NCBI GenBank assembly: GCA_027036135.1
Contig: JALVSY010000007.1
Coordinates: 772,880-836,879 of the forward strand
Reading direction: 5' to 3'
From: Pyrodictiaceae archaeon
GTDB taxonomy: Archaea; Thermoproteota; Thermoprotei_A; Sulfolobales; Pyrodictiaceae
Length of the DNA: 64,000 nt
Shown: piece after piece, positions 8,265-17,459 of the stretch
Layout of the letters: every line of letters begins with the position of its first letter
How positions within the stretch are numbered: the first letter of the stretch is position 1
Position numbers and translations under genes: made by a program
Notes under the pieces: generated by a model
Databases searched by the model: none
Seen by the model: the letters and a program-made list of their open reading frames with translations, nothing else
Told to the model about the DNA's origin: nothing

Positions 8265-8653
8265 GCCTTGTCTCCCAGATAAGCTATGGCCTCAACCTCT
8301 AAGTCAACACCCTTTGGGAGATTAGACACCTCTACCACGACGCGAGCCGGCGGCTCATCACTAAAATACTCCGAGTAGACCTTGTTAAAGCGCTCAAACA
8401 ACGCTATATCGCGAAGATAGACCGTGACCTTCACTACGTCGCGTAGGCTACCGCCAGCAGCCTCAACAATAGCCCTAATGTTCTCTAAGACACGTCTAGC
8501 CTTCTCCTCAAAACTGCCCTCAATAAGCCTGCCCGTAGCCGGGTCCAAGGGTATCTGGCCGGCCACGAAGAGCCAGCCACCAGCAATAACTCCCTGGCTA
8601 TAGGGCCCGACGGGGCGAGGAGCCTTATCCGTATAGATTATTCGCTTAGCCAT
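8261..8653 (-). CDS. ridA: RidA/YjgF enamine-imine deaminase
   Basis: APRPVGPYSQG, AGQIPLDP, PPARVVVEVSNLP, VEAIA. Start moved to ATG 8653 (MAKRIIYT). Confidence 0.93.
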   Translation of the reverse strand: MAKRIIYTDKAPRPVGPYSQGVIAGGWLFVAGQIPLDPATGRLIEGSFEEKARRVLENIRAIVEAAGGSLRDVVKVTVYLRDIALFERFNKVYSEYFSDEPPARVVVEVSNLPKGVDLEVEAIAYLGDKA

Positions 8654-8890
8654 ACCTCTCTTGCCCGCAGATATTGGTGGAGAAGCTCCCCTTAAATTAG
8701 GCAAAGCCGCTAAAGACTCTTGTAACACTTCTCCGAGCCTCATACCGATACGTAATTATCAGCAATCCGGGTCCAATGTCCTGGACATGTATCATTTAGT
8801 CCCACTAGTGACTCCCAGCTTTATCTAGGGCTCCCTAAAGCATTGGATAATACATTGGTTTCTATGCTGGCTGTAGGAGTACATCATATT

Positions 8891-8905
8891 GAAAAACTAT
8901 ATAAA
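8891..8905 (+). promoter_or_regulatory. BRE-TATA promoter (GAAAAAC-TATATAAA)
   Basis: Purine-rich BRE directly before a TATA box, ~40 nt upstream of the small ORF at 8944. Confidence 0.6.
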
Positions 8906-8943
8906 CTAATAGTTCCCACTAAGGTACTCCCTGGGTGAAACAC

Positions 8944-9030
8944 ATGTTCCCGGAGCTGTCAAGCATCATGGCGGCAAAGATAGTAGAAGCACAGGAAAGA
9001 AACAAGAAAAGCAGAAAAACAACCAAGTAA
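8944..9030 (+). CDS. Putative 28-aa small protein (MFPELSSIMAAKIVEAQERNKKSRKTTK)
   Basis: BRE-TATA at 8891-8905, SD GGGTGA at 8933-8938, T-run at ~9060; below the ORF-track size cutoff. Confidence 0.5.
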   Translation: MFPELSSIMAAKIVEAQERNKKSRKTTK

Positions 9031-9112
9031 TCGTCATAGTAAAGAACAAGAAACCCCGATTATTTTTCCCGAAAACCCCTAGCTACATAGTCTTCTATTC
9101 AGTTCCTATAAT

Positions 9113-9862
9113 TTAGTAATAAAGCGCGACAAGGGCTAGGATAGAGAATAGAAGAAGACGAGCAAACGTCTTCTGACCGAGTTTTCGTATCATCTGAGGT
9201 GTTATTTTCCTCGGCCGGAGACCATATAGAATATACCTAATAGTTGGCTCCACTAGAGCTACAAAGATATATGGAATAATGAATACTAGTACCCAGGCAG
9301 GGAGAAACAGAGCAAAAGCTAGCCATGGACTCGTATTTCTCCACGGAAGATGAGCCTCCACATAAGCTGCTGTAGCAACAGCATATATCGTTAGGAGGAG
9401 CCAATATATCATGACTCTGTGGTTCACTAAACCTATAAGGGAAGGAATCGTAGCCGCAGGAAGCACTGGGATAGAGGAACCAACAATGTACTCCATCTCG
9501 GTGCCTGGTCCACTAAGCCTCTCAACAACTAAATGAGCTATGAGAAGGAGTGCTGCTACTCCCAGAAGACCCAGGGCTAGTAACGAGGGCCTTATGTAGA
9601 CAGTCACAATGATGTATGGAACTACGTTAATGGCCACGGATACAAAGAATAATCGGACATTCCCCGCCCTTAGGGCATAGAAAGCCGAGTCAAATGTGAA
9701 AAAGTGAATAGCTAGCACAAGGAGGCCAAGGAGAGCCCAGCTAAGCGGTGGCCGAGCCAGGATAAGTCCACCAATACCACTAATAAGCAACATTGATGCA
9801 GCACTGACTTCACGAGGCACACTTAGTAACCGAGGCTTCTCAGCCCTACCTCGTGCACACAT
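9113..9862 (-). CDS. Polytopic membrane protein, YwiC-like
   Basis: ~8 TM segments; N-terminal VPREVSAASML resembles the YwiC (I/L)PxEHGAW start motif. Confidence 0.55.
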   Translation of the reverse strand: MCARGRAEKPRLLSVPREVSAASMLLISGIGGLILARPPLSWALLGLLVLAIHFFTFDSAFYALRAGNVRLFFVSVAINVVPYIIVTVYIRPSLLALGLLGVAALLLIAHLVVERLSGPGTEMEYIVGSSIPVLPAATIPSLIGLVNHRVMIYWLLLTIYAVATAAYVEAHLPWRNTSPWLAFALFLPAWVLVFIIPYIFVALVEPTIRYILYGLRPRKITPQMIRKLGQKTFARLLLFSILALVALYY

Positions 9863-10215
9863 ACCCTATACCACCCCAAGAATAAGGCATAGTTAGTAAC
9901 AGTCCTATTTATCATGTAACACCCGTTAAATATACCATTCAAAGCCTAGCATGTGAGGTGACTGCAACAAAAATACAGAACAGCATTACGCACGATACAT
10001 TACAATGAATCAAGGAGGAAAATAACACACTAGTTCAGAAATGTTAGGATTAGTTCTTAACCACTTTTATAGAGTTTTAATAAGCTAAATACAACGACAA
10101 TAGCCGGAACTTAGAGAATTATTGCCCGATTCTTTCTGCCCTAGAGAGGCGTAACCGTTTTCGCCTTGCCTTAGTGCTTGAATACCCGGGGCCGTGTTTG
10201 GCTGAGGAGGCTGTA

Positions 10216-10734
10216 TTGTCTACTGTTCTTAGCCAGGTATCGAAGAAGATACTGGAGAAGCTCGAGAAGGGGAAGAAGCTCTCCACAGAGGACCTAATAA
10301 TACTATATCTCGATATCACTCACAAAGAGATAAGGGAGACAAGGAGAGAACTCAAAGAAGAAATAAGAGAAGTCAACAGGAGAATAAATGAGACAAACAA
10401 GAGAATAGACAGGGTACAGGAAAATTTGCTAACAAAAATAGATGAGACTAATAAGAGGATTGATAAGGTACAAGAATCTCTATCAGCTAAGATAGAATCT
10501 GTGCAGAAGGCCTTACTAGCAAAAATAGATGAAACGAACAAACAAATAGATAGTATACAAGAGACACTACTAGCGAAAATAGACGATACTAATAAACGAA
10601 TAGATGAAACAAATAAGAGGATATATAACACACAGCAAACACTATTAGCGAAGATTGAGGAGACAAATAAACGCATAGACGAGCTATACAGGCTATACGC
10701 GGAGCTAAGAAGCCTAATTACTGCTCAGAGATGA
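10216..10734 (+). CDS. Coiled-coil repeat protein (crenarchaeal paREP-like)
   Basis: Repeated ETNKRID...LLAKID units. Start moved to TTG 10216 (SD GAGGAGG). Confidence 0.75.
   Translation: MSTVLSQVSKKILEKLEKGKKLSTEDLIILYLDITHKEIRETRRELKEEIREVNRRINETNKRIDRVQENLLTKIDETNKRIDKVQESLSAKIESVQKALLAKIDETNKQIDSIQETLLAKIDDTNKRIDETNKRIYNTQQTLLAKIEETNKRIDELYRLYAELRSLITAQR
10380..10685 (+). repeat. Imperfect intragenic tandem repeats (7+11 aa, ~54 bp)
   Basis: ETNKRIDRVQENLLTKID / ETNKRIDKVQESLSAKIE / ETNKQIDSIQETLLAKID / ETNKRIYNTQQTLLAKIE. Confidence 0.85.
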
Positions 10735-10783
10735 CATATTACTTTGAACGATGCCGGCTGGGGATTATTCCTCTGAAGTGGTA

Positions 10784-11824
10784 TTATTGTTTTCTTTTTA
10801 ACTCTATGGCTTTCCGCAGGGCCTCCATATCGAGTATAGCCTCCAGTATATCTATGCTATGAGCTATTGTTCTCGAGAGTATTTCGAGTAGTAGCCCTGT
10901 GCTTGAGGGTACTGCGTAGCCATAGCTGGAGCGTACCTCCTTTATTCGTTTCTTTGCTTCATCGCTTTGCCTCGAGGCTTCCTCTATGTCTTCTTCGCTT
11001 GGCTCTAGTGCTGCTTTGAGTACTCGTTTTAGGACGCCTATTACGGTGTTGTATAGCTCTATTATTTGTCTTGGTATTTTCTCTTCAGAGCCTACGATTA
11101 TCCTAGCTATCGCTGTTGCGTAGTCTGCTATGCGCTCAACGTTCTTTGCTAGTGAGGCTATGAAGAGTGTTTCGGGCATTGTTATGTCTTGGCGCGCTGC
11201 CTCAGATGGATCCATCCCGGTCTCTACTAGTTGGCGGAGTATAAGGAGGTAGAGCTTGTCTGCTAGGTTGTCCCTTTCGCGTATACTCTGGAATAACTCA
11301 TTGCATTCACTCCTCGAGGCCATGCACTGAAATGTATCTTCGTGCATTGTTATGGTTACTCTTACTAATCTCCTCAACGTGCTCCATATCTCAGTAAAGC
11401 TCGTATCAACAATATTTTGTAGAAGGAGAGAGCTAGCATCCTCGTCCAATACCTCCAGTCCAAGAACACGCTTATGGACAACATCTACTAGTTTCTCTAC
11501 TAGCTTCTGAGCAGCCACACTCTTCTTAACAATCCTTATAGATTTGAACCCAGCGACATAGCCCGCCATAACTCTTCTCACAAGCATATTAAAATCACTA
11601 TGTTCATCAACCTCGACAACGTATTCCAAGGCTCTTCTATCATCGTTACCGCCTCGCGGCCGCAGCAACAAGCTCCCATCCGGCAATACTTCTAGCTCGA
11701 GCTCCGAGCCAGAACCAATACCCACTTGGCGGGCCCAGTCCTTGGGCAACGATACAACATAGGTACTCCCACCAACCAGCTGGACACGCCTAGTATACCG
11801 CGTAGCCACTTCATCTTCCCCCAC
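10784..11824 (-). CDS. Phosphate uptake regulator: AbrB/MazE-type DNA-binding domain fused to PhoU domains
   Basis: RRVQLVGGSTYVVSLPKDW AbrB motif; DNLADKLY and NVERIADYA PhoU motifs; divergent from pstS. Confidence 0.9.
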   Translation of the reverse strand: MGEDEVATRYTRRVQLVGGSTYVVSLPKDWARQVGIGSGSELELEVLPDGSLLLRPRGGNDDRRALEYVVEVDEHSDFNMLVRRVMAGYVAGFKSIRIVKKSVAAQKLVEKLVDVVHKRVLGLEVLDEDASSLLLQNIVDTSFTEIWSTLRRLVRVTITMHEDTFQCMASRSECNELFQSIRERDNLADKLYLLILRQLVETGMDPSEAARQDITMPETLFIASLAKNVERIADYATAIARIIVGSEEKIPRQIIELYNTVIGVLKRVLKAALEPSEEDIEEASRQSDEAKKRIKEVRSSYGYAVPSSTGLLLEILSRTIAHSIDILEAILDMEALRKAIELKRKQ

Positions 11825-11837
11825 TACTAAGCCACAC

Positions 11838-11920
11838 CTATAACTATAGAGGACTATATACTCTACTAAGCTCTCTACACACCTACATATACTCTATACA
11901 CATGCTATCTATACCCCTAG
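11838..11920. promoter_or_regulatory. Array of CTA(T/C)A-type direct repeats in the regulator/pstS divergent intergenic region
   Basis: Copies at 11844, 11854, 11875, 11883, 11894 and 11905; the last three are exactly 11 bp apart. Confidence 0.45.
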
Positions 11921-11941
11921 AGGGAGAACATAAAGCAATAC

Positions 11942-13138
11942 ATGGATAAGCGAACCAATGACAGAGAGAGGAGACAACAAGCCTTGTCAAAGCTTAGAGC
12001 AATAGGAATTGTCGGAGAGACAGCACTCACACTATTAATACTCATATTAATAGGGCTCATCGCTCTAGACATAGTAATACAGGTAACTTGCTGCCTTTAT
12101 CACAGAGGGGGCCCACAAACCCCTATTGCACAGAGCCAGGCATCGGTAACACTCACTGGATCCGGATCCACATTCATTTATCCCCAGATGAGGGAATGGA
12201 TAAGTCAATTCCAGGCACAGAACCCCACTATATCGATAATATACAATCCGACCGGGAGCGGGGCTGGGCAATCACAGCTACTAAAGGAACACGTAGTTGA
12301 TTTTGCTTGCTCCGATCCCCCCTTGAGCCACAAGCAGTACGAGGAGTATAAGGGAAAAGTCCTACAAATGCCAGTCATAGTCGGAGCAGTCGCAGTTATC
12401 TACAAAATACCTGGGTACAAGGGGCCCTTGAACCTCACCGCTGATGTAATAGCGAAGATATACTTGGGGAAGATAAAGTACTGGGACAATCCTGAGATAG
12501 CTAGGCTCAATCCACGGGCAAAGCTACCTCATATGGCTATCAAGGTTATTCATCGCTCCGATGCAAGCGGCACAACTGAGGTTTTCACGTTCTTCTTGCA
12601 CAAGGCAGCGCCAAGTGTGTGGCCTGCTAGCCTTGTCGGAAAGGCCATCGAGTGGCCCGTTGACTCCACGGGTAGAGGACTGGGAGCTAAGGGTAATCAA
12701 GGCGTGGCGGAATACTTCAAGAAGCTTGACTCAGCCATAGCGTATGTGGAGCTCGGCTATGCGTTAGCTAACCATTTCCCCATAGCAGCGATAAGGAATG
12801 CCGCCGGAGTCTTCGTTAAGCCCAGTCCAGAGACTATGCAGGCTGCTATATCGAATGCTCTCCGTAGTGGGCTATTGCCTAGCTCACCTCTAGCTGATTG
12901 GAGCGGCGCGCTCAACGCGATAATATATGCTCCTGGCAAGGACTCGTACCCAATAGTTAGCTTTAGCTTTATGATGACCTGGACTAGGTATCCCAAGGCC
13001 AAAGCAGAGGCCCTAAAGAAGTTCATAAAGTTCATCAACACAGTGGGGCAAGGAGACATCGTCGAAGGCTATGCACCGATACCACCCGAGCTGAGAACCA
13101 TCAATCTAAAGGCCCTCAGCATAATCCAGGGGAGCTAG
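11942..13138 (+). CDS. pstS: Phosphate ABC transporter substrate-binding protein
   Basis: GSGSTF, GSGAG, DFACSDPPL, HRSDASGTT, GNQGV, YPIVSF. Confidence 0.95.
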   Translation: MDKRTNDRERRQQALSKLRAIGIVGETALTLLILILIGLIALDIVIQVTCCLYHRGGPQTPIAQSQASVTLTGSGSTFIYPQMREWISQFQAQNPTISIIYNPTGSGAGQSQLLKEHVVDFACSDPPLSHKQYEEYKGKVLQMPVIVGAVAVIYKIPGYKGPLNLTADVIAKIYLGKIKYWDNPEIARLNPRAKLPHMAIKVIHRSDASGTTEVFTFFLHKAAPSVWPASLVGKAIEWPVDSTGRGLGAKGNQGVAEYFKKLDSAIAYVELGYALANHFPIAAIRNAAGVFVKPSPETMQAAISNALRSGLLPSSPLADWSGALNAIIYAPGKDSYPIVSFSFMMTWTRYPKAKAEALKKFIKFINTVGQGDIVEGYAPIPPELRTINLKALSIIQGS

Positions 13139-13140
13139 GA

Positions 13141-14082
13141 ATGAGCGCCTCTAAAACCATGTATAGGAGCGATAAGCTCCTATACTACTCCCTATTGCCC
13201 TTCGCAGCAATAGTTATCGCTGCGTTCATAATGCTCTTTGCGATCCTAGGCTATGTATCGGCACCAGCTCTCCGCAAATATGGTATAAGCTTGTTCACTA
13301 CAACGAAGTGGGCTCCCAATGAAGCTAACCCCAGCAAATCAGTCTACGGTCTCCTAGCCCCCTTATTCGGAACCCTAGTCTCCTCAGCAATAGCAGTCCT
13401 ACTAGCACTCCCGGTCACGGTCTCAATTGTCCTCGTGATAGAGGAGTACTCGCCAGAGAGACTAAGAGAACTCATCGGCTCGATAATAGAGGTCATGGCT
13501 GGGCTCCCCACAATAGTATATGGGTTATGGGGCTTAGAGGTGCTCGCACCCTTCCTAAGAGAGCATGTATATTCTCCTCTTCACCAACTCTTGGGCTTTA
13601 TCCCATTATTCTCTTGTAAGCCGATAACCGGGTTCAACCTAGCTACTGCTGGTGTCTTGCTCTCAATAATGATTCTCCCCTACATGGTTGCTGTTGCAAG
13701 GGACGCTTACCGCTCAATACCTTTCACCTACAAGGAGGCTGCACTAACTATTGGGGCTACCCGCTACGAGTACGCTAAGATAATGATGGGGCTAGCTAAG
13801 CCAGGGATTATAGCTGCTGCCCTCCTGGGCTTTGGGCGGGCAGCAGGCGAAACGGTTGCCGTTGCACTAGTTGTCGGGAATGTACCCCTTGTCTCCGGCT
13901 GCTTGTTCAAACCCGCCTATACCATCTCTTCCCTAATAGCTAACCAGTTCTCCATGGCCCCGCTCTACCCGTACATGATGAGCGTCTTGTTCACAGGGGG
14001 CCTGGTTCTCCTCCTCATAGGAATGGCTGCAAACACGGTTGCAGTGATAATGATTGCGAGGGCAAGGAAGAGGCTTGGCTGA
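13141..14082 (+). CDS. pstC: Phosphate ABC transporter permease
   Basis: AGLPTIVYGLWG, EAALTIGATR, GRAAGETVAV. Confidence 0.95.
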   Translation: MSASKTMYRSDKLLYYSLLPFAAIVIAAFIMLFAILGYVSAPALRKYGISLFTTTKWAPNEANPSKSVYGLLAPLFGTLVSSAIAVLLALPVTVSIVLVIEEYSPERLRELIGSIIEVMAGLPTIVYGLWGLEVLAPFLREHVYSPLHQLLGFIPLFSCKPITGFNLATAGVLLSIMILPYMVAVARDAYRSIPFTYKEAALTIGATRYEYAKIMMGLAKPGIIAAALLGFGRAAGETVAVALVVGNVPLVSGCLFKPAYTISSLIANQFSMAPLYPYMMSVLFTGGLVLLLIGMAANTVAVIMIARARKRLG

Positions 14083-14917
14083 CCCGAGGATAATCAAGGA
14101 GAAAATATTCTTAGTAACAATATTCGCGCTAACCATACTAGGCATACTTCCCGTCTTCCACGTACTAGCAGAGGTTATCATAAAAGGATCCGAGGCAATA
14201 GCTAAACATGGTCTCGGAATACTCACTAGCACTTCTAACGGCATACTTGCCTCCTTGGTTGGCTCCGCTATATTATCGATCCTGGCCTCTCTCCTCGGCA
14301 TACCATTAGCAATAGCTGCTGGGCTCTTCGTAGCAGAGTTCAGCGATACCAAGCTAGCCAAGATAACGCGAGTAGTCTCGCGTAGTCTATTAGAGGTACC
14401 AACCGTCCTGCTAGGCATGCTCGTCTACATAATAATGGTTGTTCCTATGGGCAGCTTCAGCCTACTAGCAGGCGCAATAGCGCTAGCACTAGTAATGCTT
14501 CCCTACGTCATGGTCCACGTAGAGCAGGCAATAGAGTCTGTGCCCCCGATTTACCGGGAAGCTGGCTACTCTATCGGAATGACTAGGGCAGAGGTCCTAC
14601 TAGGAGTAGTAGCGGGGATAGCGAGACGTGGAATAGCGACAGGAGTACTAATGGGGTTCGCGAAGGCAATGGGAGAGACCGCCCCCCTCCTCTTCACCAT
14701 AGGTGCCGCCAGAACCACGCTTCCTTGCTCTCACAGTATTCCTCTCGCTAACGTGCTTGATCCGGGAGACGCTGTGCCCCTAATGATATTCCAGTACGCC
14801 CAGATGCCGCAGAAGATGTATCACGACATGGCCTGGGCCGGGTCACTCATACTCGTAGCCGCGTTTCTTGCCGTATTCATTGCTGTTAGGCTTCTCGTCA
14901 AAGAGGTGAAAACCTAG
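14075..14917 (+). CDS. pstA: Phosphate ABC transporter permease
   Basis: VPPIYREAGYSIG, AKAMGETAPLLFT. Start likely TTG 14075, overlapping the pstC stop. Confidence 0.93.
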   Translation: MADPRIIKEKIFLVTIFALTILGILPVFHVLAEVIIKGSEAIAKHGLGILTSTSNGILASLVGSAILSILASLLGIPLAIAAGLFVAEFSDTKLAKITRVVSRSLLEVPTVLLGMLVYIIMVVPMGSFSLLAGAIALALVMLPYVMVHVEQAIESVPPIYREAGYSIGMTRAEVLLGVVAGIARRGIATGVLMGFAKAMGETAPLLFTIGAARTTLPCSHSIPLANVLDPGDAVPLMIFQYAQMPQKMYHDMAWAGSLILVAAFLAVFIAVRLLVKEVKT

Positions 14918-14919
14918 CC

Positions 14920-15684
14920 TTGGAGCGCGACGCTGTTAGAACCGAGAACCTCAACGTATGGATTCACGGCAAACATGTACTCAAGAACATAAATTTCCGC
15001 GCAGCAGTCTCAGCGATAACTGTTATAATGGGGCCTAGTGGTAGCGGGAAAAGCACGCTCTTGAGAAGCATTAACCGGCTCATAGAAATTGTGCCTGGGA
15101 CGAAGGTGGAGGGCAAGGTATACATATTTGGCAGAGATATTTACAGTGATGACCCGTACCGCGTACGGAGATACGTTACAATGGTTTCCCAGACCCCGAA
15201 TCCCTTCCCTCACATGAGTATATACGAGAACGTAGCTATAGGGCCAAAGCTTCACCGCCTAGTTAGGAGCAAGGAGGAGCTAGATAAGATTGTTCGCTGG
15301 GCTTTGGAGAAGGCGATGCTCTGGGACGAGGTCAAGGACAGATTGAATGACCCCCCTACGAGACTTAGTGGCGGCCAGCAGCAGAGGCTCTGCTTAGCAC
15401 GCGCTCTCGCACTTAAGCCCCGCATACTACTGCTAGACGAGCCCACAGCCAACATCGACCCCGTCAATGCAAGGAAGATAGAGGAAGCGATAAAGATGCT
15501 AGTAAAGGAGGAGGGGATAACCGTTATATTTGTGACGCATACGCCTGCGCAGGCAGTAAGGGTAGCTGACTTCATAGCATTCATCTATAATGGTGAGCTA
15601 GTAGAGTATGGCCCGGCGAGGGAAATCGCGCTTAACCCGAGACACCGCTTAACCGAGATGTACTTACGGGGCGAGATAGGTTGA
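14920..15684 (+). CDS. pstB: Phosphate ABC transporter ATPase
   Basis: GPSGSGKST, QTPNPFP, LSGGQQQRLCLARAL, LLLDEPT. Confidence 0.95.
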   Translation: MERDAVRTENLNVWIHGKHVLKNINFRAAVSAITVIMGPSGSGKSTLLRSINRLIEIVPGTKVEGKVYIFGRDIYSDDPYRVRRYVTMVSQTPNPFPHMSIYENVAIGPKLHRLVRSKEELDKIVRWALEKAMLWDEVKDRLNDPPTRLSGGQQQRLCLARALALKPRILLLDEPTANIDPVNARKIEEAIKMLVKEEGITVIFVTHTPAQAVRVADFIAFIYNGELVEYGPAREIALNPRHRLTEMYLRGEIG

Positions 15685-16292
15685 GCACTACCCTCTCGGC
15701 CGAGGAGGACCTACGCCACATAGAGACTAGCCTCGATAAATTGTTCAGAGTAGCCATGGAGAGCCTCGAGGCCGTGGAGAATGCTCTCAGAGAGGCTAAG
15801 CCCTTAGACCTCTCAGCTAACACAGCGCTAGCAGAGCACTTGAAGGACACGATATACACTGAGGCATTGTTCTTCATAGCTAAGTGGCAGCCGCTCGGCC
15901 ATGAACTCCTCTACGTAGAGGCCTTGATAAAGGTATCATATGACTTGTTCCGGATAACTAGGTACGCTAACGAGATAGCCCTCACGATATCACTTGCACC
16001 CGGTACTAGGATAGATAGCCAGGTCGTGGAGGTGGCGCGGACAGCGAGAGAGATGGTTGAGCGCGCTTTCAGGGCACTCCTCGAGAAAAAGAGGGACATA
16101 GCAAAGAACGTTGAGGAGCTAGACGCTGTAATAGATAGGGCTTACCGCGCTGCACTACAGGGGGTTGCATCAAAGGAACAAGTTCCACGAGAAGAGGCTC
16201 TCGCCTGCATCATACTCCGGCAGCTGGAGAGAGTAGCTGACCACGCAACGTATATTGCTAGAGAGGTTCTACGTGCACTCGCACCCAGCTAG
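15681..16292 (+). CDS. phoU: PhoU-family protein
   Basis: QP...L...YDLFRI and LERVADHATYIA; last gene of the pst operon. Confidence 0.88.
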   Translation: MSTTLSAEEDLRHIETSLDKLFRVAMESLEAVENALREAKPLDLSANTALAEHLKDTIYTEALFFIAKWQPLGHELLYVEALIKVSYDLFRITRYANEIALTISLAPGTRIDSQVVEVARTAREMVERAFRALLEKKRDIAKNVEELDAVIDRAYRAALQGVASKEQVPREEALACIILRQLERVADHATYIAREVLRALAPS

Positions 16293-16316
16293 CCCGGTCA
16301 AGGGAGGAGGAACATC

Positions 16317-17303
16317 GTGCCCCTAATAGACGAGGAACAAGTGAGGAGAGTCGCTTCCTTCCTCCTGAAAGCCGTTGATAAATACGAGCCGGATAGCTTT
16401 GATGATCCCTGCTGCTACCCGCCAAGTAGCGCAGACAAAGAGACCACCGCTATGTACTTCTTAGTAATGGTCGCAATGGATCACCGGCTTAGCCGCCCAA
16501 GCAGGGTATACGAGGCAATAGTAGATGGGAAAAGGTATCACGGGGCTGATCTTCTCTATCGCCTCGGGAAAAGGATGCTCGATGAGGATCCTGGTTTCTT
16601 CGCTGCTGAGCGACTAGCCCGGGTCAGCCGGGAGGATGTTCTTCGCTGGCTATGCGTAGGCTCTACATGTCCACCAGACCCAGAGCTGCGAGCAGCGTTG
16701 CTAAGAGATCTTGGGCGCAAGCTGCTTCTCCACTACAATGGCTCGGCTCTCCAGCTAGTAGAGGAGAGCAAAGGCTACCTCCACTCATGGAATCCGGGGT
16801 CCCCTGGGTTCATTGAGAGGCTTAGATTGTTCGAGGCCTACGTCGACCCTGTTGAGAAGAAGCCTATGCTGCTGGCAAAGTTTCTTGAGCGCCGCGGGGT
16901 CCTGGAGGTAAAGGATCCCTGGAATCGTAGGGTTCCTGTGGATAACCATGTGACCCGTATAGCTCTTAGGCTAGGCCTAGTTAGGCTTGAACCTTCTCTC
17001 CGGGCTAAGCTTGTTGAGAGGAGAGAGTACACTCCGTGGGAGGACGTAGGGCTTAGAATGGTTATCCGGGAGGCTTGGCACCAAGTAGCCGAGGCAATGA
17101 ATGTTAATGACTTTGTCCTAGACGATATACTATGGACTATGGGTAGAAAGGTTTGCCTACAAGGAGCCCCCTTGTGCAAGGGGTGTAGTAATCACCCAGT
17201 GTGCGAGAATAGCTCGTGTGTTCTCCGCCCCATATGCCCTGTAGGCAGGGGGGAGGAGAAGCCATTAGATGAGCACGTCTTCTACAATACCTGGTGGTAC
17301 TAG
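16317..17303 (+). CDS. HhH-GPD-superfamily glycosylase-like protein with C-terminal Cys cluster
   Basis: PVDNHVTRIALRLGL resembles endonuclease III PVDTHV; DDILWTMGRKVC...PLC..C Fe-S loop-like motif. Confidence 0.65.
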   Translation: MPLIDEEQVRRVASFLLKAVDKYEPDSFDDPCCYPPSSADKETTAMYFLVMVAMDHRLSRPSRVYEAIVDGKRYHGADLLYRLGKRMLDEDPGFFAAERLARVSREDVLRWLCVGSTCPPDPELRAALLRDLGRKLLLHYNGSALQLVEESKGYLHSWNPGSPGFIERLRLFEAYVDPVEKKPMLLAKFLERRGVLEVKDPWNRRVPVDNHVTRIALRLGLVRLEPSLRAKLVERREYTPWEDVGLRMVIREAWHQVAEAMNVNDFVLDDILWTMGRKVCLQGAPLCKGCSNHPVCENSSCVLRPICPVGRGEEKPLDEHVFYNTWWY

Positions 17304-17323
17304 AGAAGACTATATCGCTATAG

Positions 17324-17401
17324 GGCCGATGAGGTTACCTTGTTTGGCTACCTCCGGAGCCCTCAAGAGGGGCCGTGGCGAGTCCTGGCCTTACCGAGGC
17401 C
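17324..17401 (+). ncRNA. Candidate box C/D guide sRNA
   Basis: GGCC terminal stem; C-like ATGAGGT (17329), D'-like CGGA, internal hairpin, C'-like GTGGCGA, D CCGA (17394); contains GGTTACCTTGTT, complementary to the 16S rRNA 3' region. Confidence 0.45.
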
Positions 17402-17459
17402 GCTCCATCACTCCACAAGTAGCTACTGATACACCAGGAAGGAGGTGCTGAGCTAGGTC

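Noticed and set aside
10320-10676. Repetitive hydrophobic ORF, or possible CRISPR-like repeats
   Set aside because: Antisense of the coiled-coil gene; repeats are degenerate, codon-phased and lack unique spacers.
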